The notes under the pieces: model-generated
What the model was told of the DNA's origin: nothing
What the model saw: only the letters and a program-made list of their open reading frames with translations
The model's database searches: none
Translations under genes and position numbers: made by a program
From: a virus
Taxonomy: Duplodnaviria; Caudoviricetes
Length of the DNA stretch: 47,092 bases
Direction: 5' to 3' (one strand)
IMG/VR virus record: IMGVR_UViG_3300020044_008444
Coordinates: 1 to 47,092 of that record
Part shown: in pieces, positions 27,122 to 35,830 of the stretch
Layout: each line of letters starts with the position of its first letter
Numbering within the stretch: position 1 is the first letter of the stretch

Positions 27122-30100
27122 ATGGGCAGACCTCCTGCGTGTCATTGTATCTGTGGTAGTGAACTGTGTTCGGGCTGTGATATCAATTCTAACTTATCAA
27201 AAATTGAGATAACATGTAACGGATCTTTCAGCTGGGGCGTAACCGATGCTGTTGCTACAGATGTGAACTACGTACGGAGTGGTGTGGCATTAGTTGCTGC
27301 GAGAATTGAACAATACGCTAGTGACCTGTCTGTTTTTTCAGGCACTATAACTCTGTGGAAAAGACAAAATCTCACAGATATAGCTCTGGGTAATGTGAAT
27401 TTTATATCCGGATACCCACCGCACACGTGTATGTGGTATCAAGATTTCCCAAGAATGTTTCACTACGCATGGCACAACTCAATAAATCCGGACAGATTTC
27501 CAAATACAGCAAGCACTGTAGGTCCGGAGTTAGAAATGCTTTTGGAGTATATCCCTCTAAATGAGTTAGATAGCGAAGACCCTTGGAACAGAGAGATAAT
27601 AGTCAACATCGATCCTGAAGGTGAAGAAGAAACAATTACTTTTACAGAGACCGATGAATTTCTAGTTCCAGAAAATGTTGTTAGATTGACAGCAGAAGTG
27701 TGGAGTGGTGGAGCTTGTGGTGGCGTTTACGAAGCAGAACGATCATTTTTACCATCAGTAGATGTTACAAATGTGGGTTTGTGGATTGCAGAAGGTTCAT
27801 CACCTTTATGGCAGTGCATAAACGAATTGCCGGTATCGAATTCTGATTACATCTATTCCCCAGCTAATGCTGTATGCACTTATGAAACTAAATTAAGTAC
27901 GGGTTCTTTATTCCCATCTCCAGCCGAAAATAACTTAACCCTACATTATAGAATGTGTAAAAGTGATAACGATGGTACACACTCTATTGACGTACAAGTA
28001 GAGACATCTCGCCCATCCGGCAACATCAACTCTGAATGGACTGTACCAACTGCTTCAAATATAGACGACGTTATTTTTGCTCCTAGTGCTGGTGACGGTA
28101 ACGTTTGCTCAACATCTCCACCAGCATCTTTCATTGTTCGTGCAGCAGACTCCGAACTCGATGAAGTAGTTACACAACCATCAGCCGGAGATGGAACTTA
28201 CCTAAGTTTCTCAGACCCATTAGCTCCCAACACCAACGTCTATACATTTGAGTTACAGACAGCAACAGAAACTTCAATCCCAACTAACATCACAGCTTGG
28301 ATGCTGCTTCGATACGACTCAAACAGTGATGCAGAAATCACACAAGTACGTTTACGCTCTGCTGGAACATTTTACACAGGAACAATCAGTGGATTGCCTG
28401 ACTCTGGATTATGGGCATGGGTAAGAGTTGATTTTTCAGGCACATTCACTAATCCGTCAGTAGCAGACTACGCGATTGAAATAACCACACATTACTATAC
28501 CGTCGACGGTCGTTTGGATGTGGACGCAATCTACATTGAGTGTGATGGCGGAGAACCGCCATTTACAAGAGTGCAGCAATGGAGCATGTCTACAATCGAT
28601 GTAGCAGCTGTTGTTAACCAGTACGACCTCTACATTCGCTGGAGAGTTGATGTTGGAAATCTCAGCAATGTAACATCAGTTCGTGTTCGAATTAACGGTA
28701 GTTGGTTTGTATTTACAATGGATAACCTACCTACCAGTAATACATGGGTGTGGGCACACGGTGTACGTACAGGTAGTTTTTCTTCAGCGTCTACAGCAGA
28801 CTACGTGCTAGAAGTGACAGCAGTTCATAGCAGCACAACAGGTGTGGTGGAGATTGATGCTGCGTACCTACAAGCTAGCATAGAAGGATCTAGAATAGCT
28901 ACTACAGTTAGTTTACGCACCAGTAGTGCGACAATATTAACCAACACACACTTTCTAACAACCCACCCAACAGACTACGCAATAACTCTTACTGACGCTC
29001 AAGTTGCTCTCCTTACTTCATTAAATGATTTAAGAATTAGATTCCTTACAACCGCTTCAGGAGGTACAGGCAGTTTCCAACGTGGATGCTCAGTATTTGG
29101 AGCTAGATTAACCACTACAACTAATTACGTCGGTACTGGTGGTGGAGGTGGTGGTGGTTATAATAAATCGTTTATTGGTGTGGCCGCAGAAACAGTATAC
29201 ACTGTTACCGTTGGTGCGGGCGGAACACCAACCGTTCCTAATGGTGGAACATCATCTTTTTCTACCATAGTAGTATTAGGTGGAAAAACAGCAAATAACC
29301 TAATTGGTGGAGCAGGCGGTTCGACATCTACTTCCAGCCCTCCAACAACTAAAAAATATTCAGGCGGTAACGGTGGTACAGCATCTATCACTGGAGGTGG
29401 TGGGGGATCTTCCGCTGGTGTATTAGACCCCGGAACAGCAGGTGGTGATGGAGATGGACTAGGAGTAGTGCCGGGTAGTGGAGGTGTAGCCCCAACAGGA
29501 GGCGGAGATGGTGGAGAAGGTGGAGACACTACTGCTCCATCCGATGGTGAGTTCCCCGGTGGTGGTGGTGGGGGACTTGGCAGTTTAATCACAGATCCAG
29601 GAAATGGAGCTAACGGTAAAGTAACACTAACTTACCAACCGTGGGGTAGATGTGGTAGGTGCCTTGTTGATACTTTTCCAAATCCATTCACTGGAGAAAT
29701 TGTATGCACTGCAGGAGAGTTAAGTAGTTCTGTTGTGTTCACATGGCAATGTGCAAACATATATCTTGACACATCGATAAATCTTTATTTATCGTGGGGA
29801 TACCCTCCCAATACCAGAACTACATGGGAAGCTGTCAGGGGTATCACAACAAGAACAGGCAGTATTTACTACGCCCCAGTTCCCTACTCTCAACAAAGCT
29901 TAGTCACAAATAAACAAAAATTTTGGGTTCTGGATTTCACCTACACTGTTGCTCGTGCTCTGCTGCTGCAAGAAAACGCTTACCCATTACGTAATCCTTT
30001 AAGTGCAGCAGAAGACAGCTACGCTCCTCCTGTTCCTTTAGGAGGTTTCGACCCAAGAATACGAGATACATCGCTGCCTGATTATAATCTGCTCCCGGCA

Positions 30101-30283
30101 ACATCAGGCGTAAACCATATAGTCCGCTATGCCAAAGTGGTAAATTGTGAAACAGATGTAGCTGGTGCTGAGATCGAACTGCAATTTAATAACTACCCAT
30201 CTAGAACAGTACTATTTAATCCAGACATTCCTCAAGCAGTAACATCTTCTGTCCCAACTTCAGTTACAGTGAAATTACTATGA
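27122..30283 (+). CDS. Large tail tip / receptor-binding protein with a glycine-rich domain and nested beta-sandwich inserts
   Basis: ORF 27086..30283 with likely start MGRPPACHC (27122, after GAGG); Gly-rich TVTVGAGG...GNGANGKVTLTY. Confidence 0.75.
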   Translation: MGRPPACHCICGSELCSGCDINSNLSKIEITCNGSFSWGVTDAVATDVNYVRSGVALVAARIEQYASDLSVFSGTITLWKRQNLTDIALGNVNFISGYPPHTCMWYQDFPRMFHYAWHNSINPDRFPNTASTVGPELEMLLEYIPLNELDSEDPWNREIIVNIDPEGEEETITFTETDEFLVPENVVRLTAEVWSGGACGGVYEAERSFLPSVDVTNVGLWIAEGSSPLWQCINELPVSNSDYIYSPANAVCTYETKLSTGSLFPSPAENNLTLHYRMCKSDNDGTHSIDVQVETSRPSGNINSEWTVPTASNIDDVIFAPSAGDGNVCSTSPPASFIVRAADSELDEVVTQPSAGDGTYLSFSDPLAPNTNVYTFELQTATETSIPTNITAWMLLRYDSNSDAEITQVRLRSAGTFYTGTISGLPDSGLWAWVRVDFSGTFTNPSVADYAIEITTHYYTVDGRLDVDAIYIECDGGEPPFTRVQQWSMSTIDVAAVVNQYDLYIRWRVDVGNLSNVTSVRVRINGSWFVFTMDNLPTSNTWVWAHGVRTGSFSSASTADYVLEVTAVHSSTTGVVEIDAAYLQASIEGSRIATTVSLRTSSATILTNTHFLTTHPTDYAITLTDAQVALLTSLNDLRIRFLTTASGGTGSFQRGCSVFGARLTTTTNYVGTGGGGGGGYNKSFIGVAAETVYTVTVGAGGTPTVPNGGTSSFSTIVVLGGKTANNLIGGAGGSTSTSSPPTTKKYSGGNGGTASITGGGGGSSAGVLDPGTAGGDGDGLGVVPGSGGVAPTGGGDGGEGGDTTAPSDGEFPGGGGGGLGSLITDPGNGANGKVTLTYQPWGRCGRCLVDTFPNPFTGEIVCTAGELSSSVVFTWQCANIYLDTSINLYLSWGYPPNTRTTWEAVRGITTRTGSIYYAPVPYSQQSLVTNKQKFWVLDFTYTVARALLLQENAYPLRNPLSAAEDSYAPPVPLGGFDPRIRDTSLPDYNLLPATSGVNHIVRYAKVVNCETDVAGAEIELQFNNYPSRTVLFNPDIPQAVTSSVPTSVTVKLL

Positions 30284-30600
30284 TCTGCCCATTCAACAAC
30301 TCCGGTATATGCACCCATTACGCAAAAGCAGGGTACAGAATAATCACACAGCAAGACTGTGATGTGTGTACCCTCGTAGATACTAGAAAAGCTTCTTGCA
30401 GCCATAAAGGATCTGCAAGAAGCTGCTGCGTGGACCTACATATATGTAGGAAACTAAAGAAAGATTGTGTCGAATCTCTAATTCGATTTACACAATACGC
30501 AACAGAAACAAAACATCCAGAAGAGTTTGTGGAACGTATTGTCTGCTGCGAAACCTGCGAGCACAACTCTACACTTCAACTTCCTTCTCAGGAATCCTGA
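30280..30600 (+). CDS. Cys-rich small protein (12 Cys in 106 aa)
   Basis: ATGA coupling to the tail gene; CxxC and CC motifs. Confidence 0.65.
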   Translation: MICPFNNSGICTHYAKAGYRIITQQDCDVCTLVDTRKASCSHKGSARSCCVDLHICRKLKKDCVESLIRFTQYATETKHPEEFVERIVCCETCEHNSTLQLPSQES

Positions 30601-32128
30601 CGTACACAAGTTTGTGAATAGCTCTTGTGATAGCTACAAACTTCAGATTCCATTCCTGCTTCTTAGCCTCAGCTGTCTTAGCCAGAACATGTGGTACGTT
30701 CTTAGGATTGAAGAAATACACATTATCAGCTTCCAATCCCTTAGCTCGATGAATGCTGCTCAGTCGAATTGACTTCACATCACTGTCATTGAAAATCTGC
30801 TGAATAAAACTCACAACTTCAGTGCTTGTTTTGCAGTTGGTTGCGACAGTGGCGATGCAGTCAGCCTGATCACCAATTGCAATCTGTCGACTCACAGTGT
30901 CGTATTTCTTCGTCTGCAGCAACTTAATCTGCTGGTCTCTCCAATCTTCCAGCAGCTGACACAACGTCACAGAATCCACTTCCTGCTTGTCTGTCAGTTT
31001 GTTGATGAGTTTAACTAAACCTGCTCCAATGCTGCGTCCTACAACCTGACAAGGCTTTCCAGCTTTGACCAGCTTCCATGCCAGTGACATGAGTGGAGCA
31101 TTCACTCTGCTCACCAGCATATCCCCTTGCTGCAGGTCCATGTCAGCTTCATCCAGATAAACAATTTCACCTTCTGGATTCGTACTGCCAGCATTGATTG
31201 CGTCACCCACAATCTTCTGAGCTTCAGCTACGATAGCTTTGCCACAACGGTATGTGTAACTAAGAGGCAACACTTCCACTTCATCCATTGCTTCAGCAAT
31301 CTTACTGAAGCTGTCTGTCTGTGCTCCAGCGAATGCAAAGATAGCCTGATTTGGATCACCAACAAATACAAACGTAGTACAATCCTGATTTGCAATGAGC
31401 TGGAGCTTGCCAGCTGAGAGATCCTGGGCCTCATCTGCTATGATGCAGTCAGCTTTAATCTTCCATCCATATCGAGCAGGCAGGTAAATCATATCATCAA
31501 AATCAATCTCCATGCCCTTCACAGGCTTAGCTTTACCAAATGCTGAAGCCCTTCGTTCTTCTCGAACAGGCAGTGTGCTTCCTTCTTCCAGCACATACTT
31601 GACAGGCAGCTCACATGCTGAAGCTGATGAGCTGAATGTATATTCATTGTCGATAGCCAATCCTGCCAATGATGATTCTGTGATGTCATCCTCAGTGAGT
31701 ACAGCATCTTTACAATACTTCACCAGTTCTCTCACATCATCAAGAATTGCTCTCTGAGCTTTCGACAATTCTTTGACACTCTTCACCTGACAAAACTGCT
31801 GATACAGATTTGCTGTCTTCCATGTGTCGGGCCTGCCAATACGAATTCCATTCTCTCTCATGATGCGACAACCCAGAGAATGAATTGTTGTTGCTGATCC
31901 GAATGTCAGACGTTCTTTCAATTCTGTTGCGATTGCATTCGAGAACGCACACACAACTACTTCATCTTCAGAAGTCAACTCAGCTTTCAACCAATCCCAA
32001 ATAGCCAGCTGCTCTTCTGATGGTTTATACTTCAGTTGTTTCTTTCCCGCTACCATTGACAGTCCGTCAACGATGGTGGTGGTCTTTCCTGATCCCGCTG
32101 TGGCATTTACAATCAACGCACGTTTCAT
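30569..32128 (-). CDS. UvrD/Rep-like superfamily 1 helicase
   Basis: ATAGSGKTT, TIHSLG, DEAQD, VGDPNQAIFAF, TYRC, SIHRAKGLE, FVAITRA. Confidence 0.95.
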   Translation of the reverse strand: MKRALIVNATAGSGKTTTIVDGLSMVAGKKQLKYKPSEEQLAIWDWLKAELTSEDEVVVCAFSNAIATELKERLTFGSATTIHSLGCRIMRENGIRIGRPDTWKTANLYQQFCQVKSVKELSKAQRAILDDVRELVKYCKDAVLTEDDITESSLAGLAIDNEYTFSSSASACELPVKYVLEEGSTLPVREERRASAFGKAKPVKGMEIDFDDMIYLPARYGWKIKADCIIADEAQDLSAGKLQLIANQDCTTFVFVGDPNQAIFAFAGAQTDSFSKIAEAMDEVEVLPLSYTYRCGKAIVAEAQKIVGDAINAGSTNPEGEIVYLDEADMDLQQGDMLVSRVNAPLMSLAWKLVKAGKPCQVVGRSIGAGLVKLINKLTDKQEVDSVTLCQLLEDWRDQQIKLLQTKKYDTVSRQIAIGDQADCIATVATNCKTSTEVVSFIQQIFNDSDVKSIRLSSIHRAKGLEADNVYFFNPKNVPHVLAKTAEAKKQEWNLKFVAITRAIHKLVYVRIPEKEVEV

Positions 32129-32183
32129 GATTCTTTCCTTCAGTGAATAGATGAATGCAGCTCATTGCTGCGTCACGCTTTCA

Positions 32184-32212
32184 ATTATACACATTCACTT
32201 CTTCAGTGACAG
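32184..32212 (-). promoter_or_regulatory. Promoter for the helicase (divergent)
   Basis: Minus strand CTGTCA-N17-TATAAT. Confidence 0.5.
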
Positions 32213-32247
32213 TGTGAAACGATCAGAAAAATATTTTAAAATAATCA

Positions 32248-32275
32248 TTGACTCTGCTGGACAGCTTGCTAAACT
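32248..32275 (+). promoter_or_regulatory. Promoter for the replication module
   Basis: TTGACT-N16-TAAACT with TG extension and an AT-rich upstream tract. Confidence 0.65.
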
Positions 32276-32285
32276 CCACCTGTCC

Positions 32286-32480
32286 GCTGGCAAATGTGTT
32301 GCGTCAAGGAAAGAAAGTGCTCCTAGTTAATTCTGTCTACGCTTGTCGAAGAGATTTGACAGAACAAATACAGGGTGTTGTTTTTGGTCATTTTCGTCAA
32401 CACAAACTGATATTTCCGAACTGTTGCACATACTACCTCCAAAATCACTGCATCAGTTCCGACGCAACATATTTGCCAGC
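32286..32480. repeat. 20-bp inverted repeat enclosing 155 nt
   Basis: GCTGGCAAATGTGTTGCGTC (32286-32305) / GACGCAACATATTTGCCAGC (32461-32480); 19 Watson-Crick pairs plus one G-T. Confidence 0.9.
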
Positions 32481-32515
32481 TGCTATTCAAATCAGTCCCA
32501 AACAAAAGGTGCCCC

Positions 32516-33832
32516 ATGAAACTTATCACAGCTCTGAACAAGAACAAAGTTGCCGACAGCAACATCAAGTCTGTCACATGTGAGATTGACTCTGAAGCTG
32601 CTCTGGAGATCCTCAGCACATTTAACACAAACAACCGACCTATTTCTAAGTCGAAGGTCAATCTCTACGCAAACGAAATGCTGCGTAACAAGTTTGCTCT
32701 GAACGGTGAACCTCTCATCTTTGGTGAAGATGAAGAAGGCAACGAATGTCTCATCAGCGGTCAGCATCGTCTACTCGCTCTGGCTCGTGCTCAGGCATTG
32801 TACAATGCTGATACAGATAAGTACCCTGATGCTGTCAGTCCTCTGACTCTGCACACTGTAGTAATTTACGGTGTTGCTTCTGACACAGCCGACACTGTGG
32901 ACCAGCTCAATCCTCGTTCTCACGGTGATGTGCTGTTTCGTGATGATTGGATTAACGAACAGATTGCACCAGAATGGAAGACCAGCGGTTCAAAGCGAGC
33001 TACGTGGTGCAAAGCTCTCGGTGGTGCTGCTCGTCTGGTATGGTTGCGTGCTGGTGGAGCAACTGTCTCTTCAGCTCCAAAGTTCCTGACCAGCGAGATG
33101 CTCGACTTCATCAAGAACAGTCATCCTGATTTGTGCAAGTTCGTCAGTGAAGTATTGACAGCTGCCGATGGTAAAGAGAACACTGGTCTGCGAATGTCTC
33201 TGCCATACATTGCAGCTCTGTCTTACATCGCCTGTCTCGAATTCGATGAGAATGACGAACAGGTTGTCAACGAAGACAAACATGAAAAGGTCAGTCTGTT
33301 CATCTCTCAGGTAGCAAGCGGTACAGGTTTCGCAGCTGGAAGTCCTGCTCATGCTATCACTCAGTATTGGAACAAGCTGACAGCTGAAGCAGGCAGCAAA
33401 GATCGTGACCTTGAATGGGTAGCCCCATTCGTTAAGTGCCTCACAGCTCTGGTAACAGAAGCTCCCTGCAAACCTTCAGACCTGAAGCTGACAAAGAAGG
33501 AAGCTGATAACTACCGCAATGTACCATGCCTCATGCCGGGATGGGATACAGCGATGTTTGAATATGCTGCCTCAGTGTCGGCTATGTCGGCTGAAGAGAA
33601 AGTGAAAGAAGCTGAACGGAAGGAAGCTGAGAAAACAGCAAAAGCTGAAGCCCGAGAAGCTGCTAAGGTAGTTAAGGCTGAAGCAGCAGAAAAGGCTAAG
33701 GCTGAAAAGGCCGAAGCTAAAGCAGCAGAGAAGGCAGCTGATAAACCTACCCCACCTGTAAAAGCCCCCACAGTGGTCGGTAAGTTTGTAAAGCGTAAGC
33801 CAGCTCCTGCTGCGTCTACAAAAGCGTCATAA
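32516..33832 (+). CDS. ParB/Srx-like (DGQHR-type) N-terminal domain protein with Ala/Lys/Glu-rich tail
   Basis: NNRPIS...YANEM...NGEPLIF...LISGQHRLLA; low-complexity KAEAAEKAK C-terminus. Confidence 0.75.
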   Translation: MKLITALNKNKVADSNIKSVTCEIDSEAALEILSTFNTNNRPISKSKVNLYANEMLRNKFALNGEPLIFGEDEEGNECLISGQHRLLALARAQALYNADTDKYPDAVSPLTLHTVVIYGVASDTADTVDQLNPRSHGDVLFRDDWINEQIAPEWKTSGSKRATWCKALGGAARLVWLRAGGATVSSAPKFLTSEMLDFIKNSHPDLCKFVSEVLTAADGKENTGLRMSLPYIAALSYIACLEFDENDEQVVNEDKHEKVSLFISQVASGTGFAAGSPAHAITQYWNKLTAEAGSKDRDLEWVAPFVKCLTALVTEAPCKPSDLKLTKKEADNYRNVPCLMPGWDTAMFEYAASVSAMSAEEKVKEAERKEAEKTAKAEAREAAKVVKAEAAEKAKAEKAEAKAAEKAADKPTPPVKAPTVVGKFVKRKPAPAASTKAS

Positions 33833-33933
33833 TCTGCCTCTCGACTGGCTACCGATCCTTTCCTCGGTAGGGAACAAGGAAGACGCACCTTACACAGTTC
33901 TGGACTCCCGTAACCAGATTTAAGGATGGAAAC

Positions 33934-34197
33934 ATGTTCTGTGAGGCATGGCAGACCTATAGACCGCATGAAGGACATGTAGGGGAAGAAGAATGTGACC
34001 ATACAATGCCCCCACCTTCAGCAGAAGCTGGAGAGTATTGTATAGCTGATTCTTCAGGAATACGTACACTCTGCAACAACTTAGTGTACCGACTTCTCCC
34101 TTACATGAAAGAAGTTAAACCACCAGAGAAAGTGTGTAGACAGTGCAAACGTAACGGCAAAGCATGGTGGATTTTGCGGAACAAGAATAAGAAATGA
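33934..34197 (+). CDS. Small Cys-containing hypothetical protein
   Basis: SD AAGGA; CRQC motif; ATGA coupling. Confidence 0.6.
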   Translation: MFCEAWQTYRPHEGHVGEEECDHTMPPPSAEAGEYCIADSSGIRTLCNNLVYRLLPYMKEVKPPEKVCRQCKRNGKAWWILRNKNKK

Positions 34198-34556
34198 GAC
34201 GCCCCAAGACTAACAGAGTGGAAAGAACTAGAGCTTCAGGACAATGGACTGAAGCAGCGTTCTTCGGATTCCTTCGTTCAGGATTGCGACAGTTATCCTT
34301 ACGATGGCCTCCAATCCACTCTGTTCTTCTTCGTGTACGAGTTCCCTACGTCGGACCTAACAAGCGTCAGAAGTGGTCCTACAAATGTGAGTGGTGCAAC
34401 AGTTTATTCTCCAGAAAGGAAATACACGTAGACCACATGGAAGAGTGTGGTAGTTTGCGTTCAATGAAAGACATAGCCCCATTCGTTACAGCCTTGTTTT
34501 GCGAAGAGGATAAGCTCCAAGTCCTCTGCCACAAGTGCCACAATTGGAAACATTAA
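34194..34556 (+). CDS. HNH endonuclease
   Basis: CEWC, HVDH, LQVLCHKCH. Confidence 0.85.
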   Translation: MRRPKTNRVERTRASGQWTEAAFFGFLRSGLRQLSLRWPPIHSVLLRVRVPYVGPNKRQKWSYKCEWCNSLFSRKEIHVDHMEECGSLRSMKDIAPFVTALFCEEDKLQVLCHKCHNWKH

Positions 34557-35519
34557 ATGGCAAGAGAAGTGATCAATCCGTTACACAACGGACTCAGCCT
34601 GTCAGCTCTGGAACTCTGGTTAAACAATCGTGTTGCTTTCGAACTCAGTTATTTCCGTGACCTCGAAGCTGTTGAAGAATGGAATAAGAACACAGCTTAT
34701 GGTAGTTTGTTTCAGGCAGGTATTGAAGGATTCATCAAGACCAAAGAGCTACGAGGTCACAGCAAGTTCATCCAGAATGAGTTTGAGCGTCAAATCAAAT
34801 CTCATGGAGAAGCCATTGATGAAATACTGTGGTGGTCAGCGTTAGCAGAGAAGCAAGGTAGAATATTCCTTCAGTATTACGCTGAAGACCTTGCTAAATG
34901 GAGCTTCACCAAATCTGAAGCTCGTCACTCTGCAACCATCACTCTACCATCTGGCAGACCAATAAAACTCATAGGCTACATAGATGGTGAGAACGACACC
35001 TGTATCATGGAAAACAAGTGTCGTGCTGATTGGAACCCGGAAAGGATTGCTAGTGAAATTGACCTCAACCTGCAGTTCAATTACTACTGCTTGATGTGGT
35101 ACGCCAATCATGATGTATTGCCAGATAAGGTGTGGTATCAGAACATTCGTCGTCCAGGTGGATTCGCTTATGCAGGTCCAGTGAAGAAGAAGACAGAATC
35201 AAAGGAAGACTACCAGACACGATTGGTTAAGTACATCTCTGAGAATCCAGAGACACACTTCTACCAATTCATTGCTCGTCCTCACATGAACAGGTTCACT
35301 CGTTTCCTCCACATGTGTCTCTACCCAATGCTGGAAGCGTTCCTCGATTGGTACGAGTACATGACACACCCAAAAAGAAAGGATCAGGTTAACCGCTATC
35401 ATTGGATGACTCCCTACGGACTCTACAATCCGTACATGGAAGGAACAGATGAGCGTTTCCGTAACTACGCTCTCACAGGAAGTACATTAGGTTTGCGTCC
35501 CAAACAAAAGAGGTACTAA
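34557..35519 (+). CDS. PD-(D/E)XK nuclease (RecB/Cas4-like exonuclease)
   Basis: LSLSAL, YGSLF, LIGYID...IMENK, QFNYY. Confidence 0.8.
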   Translation: MAREVINPLHNGLSLSALELWLNNRVAFELSYFRDLEAVEEWNKNTAYGSLFQAGIEGFIKTKELRGHSKFIQNEFERQIKSHGEAIDEILWWSALAEKQGRIFLQYYAEDLAKWSFTKSEARHSATITLPSGRPIKLIGYIDGENDTCIMENKCRADWNPERIASEIDLNLQFNYYCLMWYANHDVLPDKVWYQNIRRPGGFAYAGPVKKKTESKEDYQTRLVKYISENPETHFYQFIARPHMNRFTRFLHMCLYPMLEAFLDWYEYMTHPKRKDQVNRYHWMTPYGLYNPYMEGTDERFRNYALTGSTLGLRPKQKRY

Positions 35520-35830
35520 TGGATATTCTATCGCGTCAACGAATAAGCAAAGTAGGCATTTCTCCACAGTTTAGGTTTGCTGTTCAATTCCGTGAATATG
35601 ATGAAGTACGAACAGTTGAGGTGTTGGCCCGAACAAAGAAGAAAGCTCTTAACTACTTCAGGAAACACTACCCCGGATATGATGTTACAGTGATGAGAGT
35701 GTACTCCCCAAAAGAAAGAAAGCGTCATGCCCCCGAACTTCAAAAAACCTTCGCTACCGACGAAGCCAAACGTATCACCAACGAAATCTTCAGCTCCAAC
35801 AACGAAAGCTCTGCCCAATCCATTCAGTGA
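35519..35830 (+). CDS. Hypothetical protein
   Basis: TAATG coupling, SD GAGG; 3' end overlaps the next gene by 104 nt. Confidence 0.5.
   Translation: MDILSRQRISKVGISPQFRFAVQFREYDEVRTVEVLARTKKKALNYFRKHYPGYDVTVMRVYSPKERKRHAPELQKTFATDEAKRITNEIFSSNNESSAQSIQ

Noticed and set aside
27992-28888. Diversity-generating retroelement or shufflon acting on the tail protein
   Set aside because: Repeats are similar only at protein level, with no adenine-specific TR/VR pair, reverse transcriptase or invertase.
32286-32480. Retron msr/msd (a1/a2-like inverted repeat)
   Set aside because: No reverse transcriptase in the window; the downstream gene is ParB-like.
9035-33999. Long antisense or alternate-frame ORFs (e.g. 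9035..9475, 11143..11574, 23499..23999, 29158..29592, 33511..34002)
   Set aside because: Shadows of Ala- or Gly-rich genes, with no RBS or recognisable motifs.
34557-35519. Cas4 as part of a CRISPR system
   Set aside because: Lacks the four-Cys Fe-S pattern and sits in a standard nuclease / Sak4-like / SSB recombination module.
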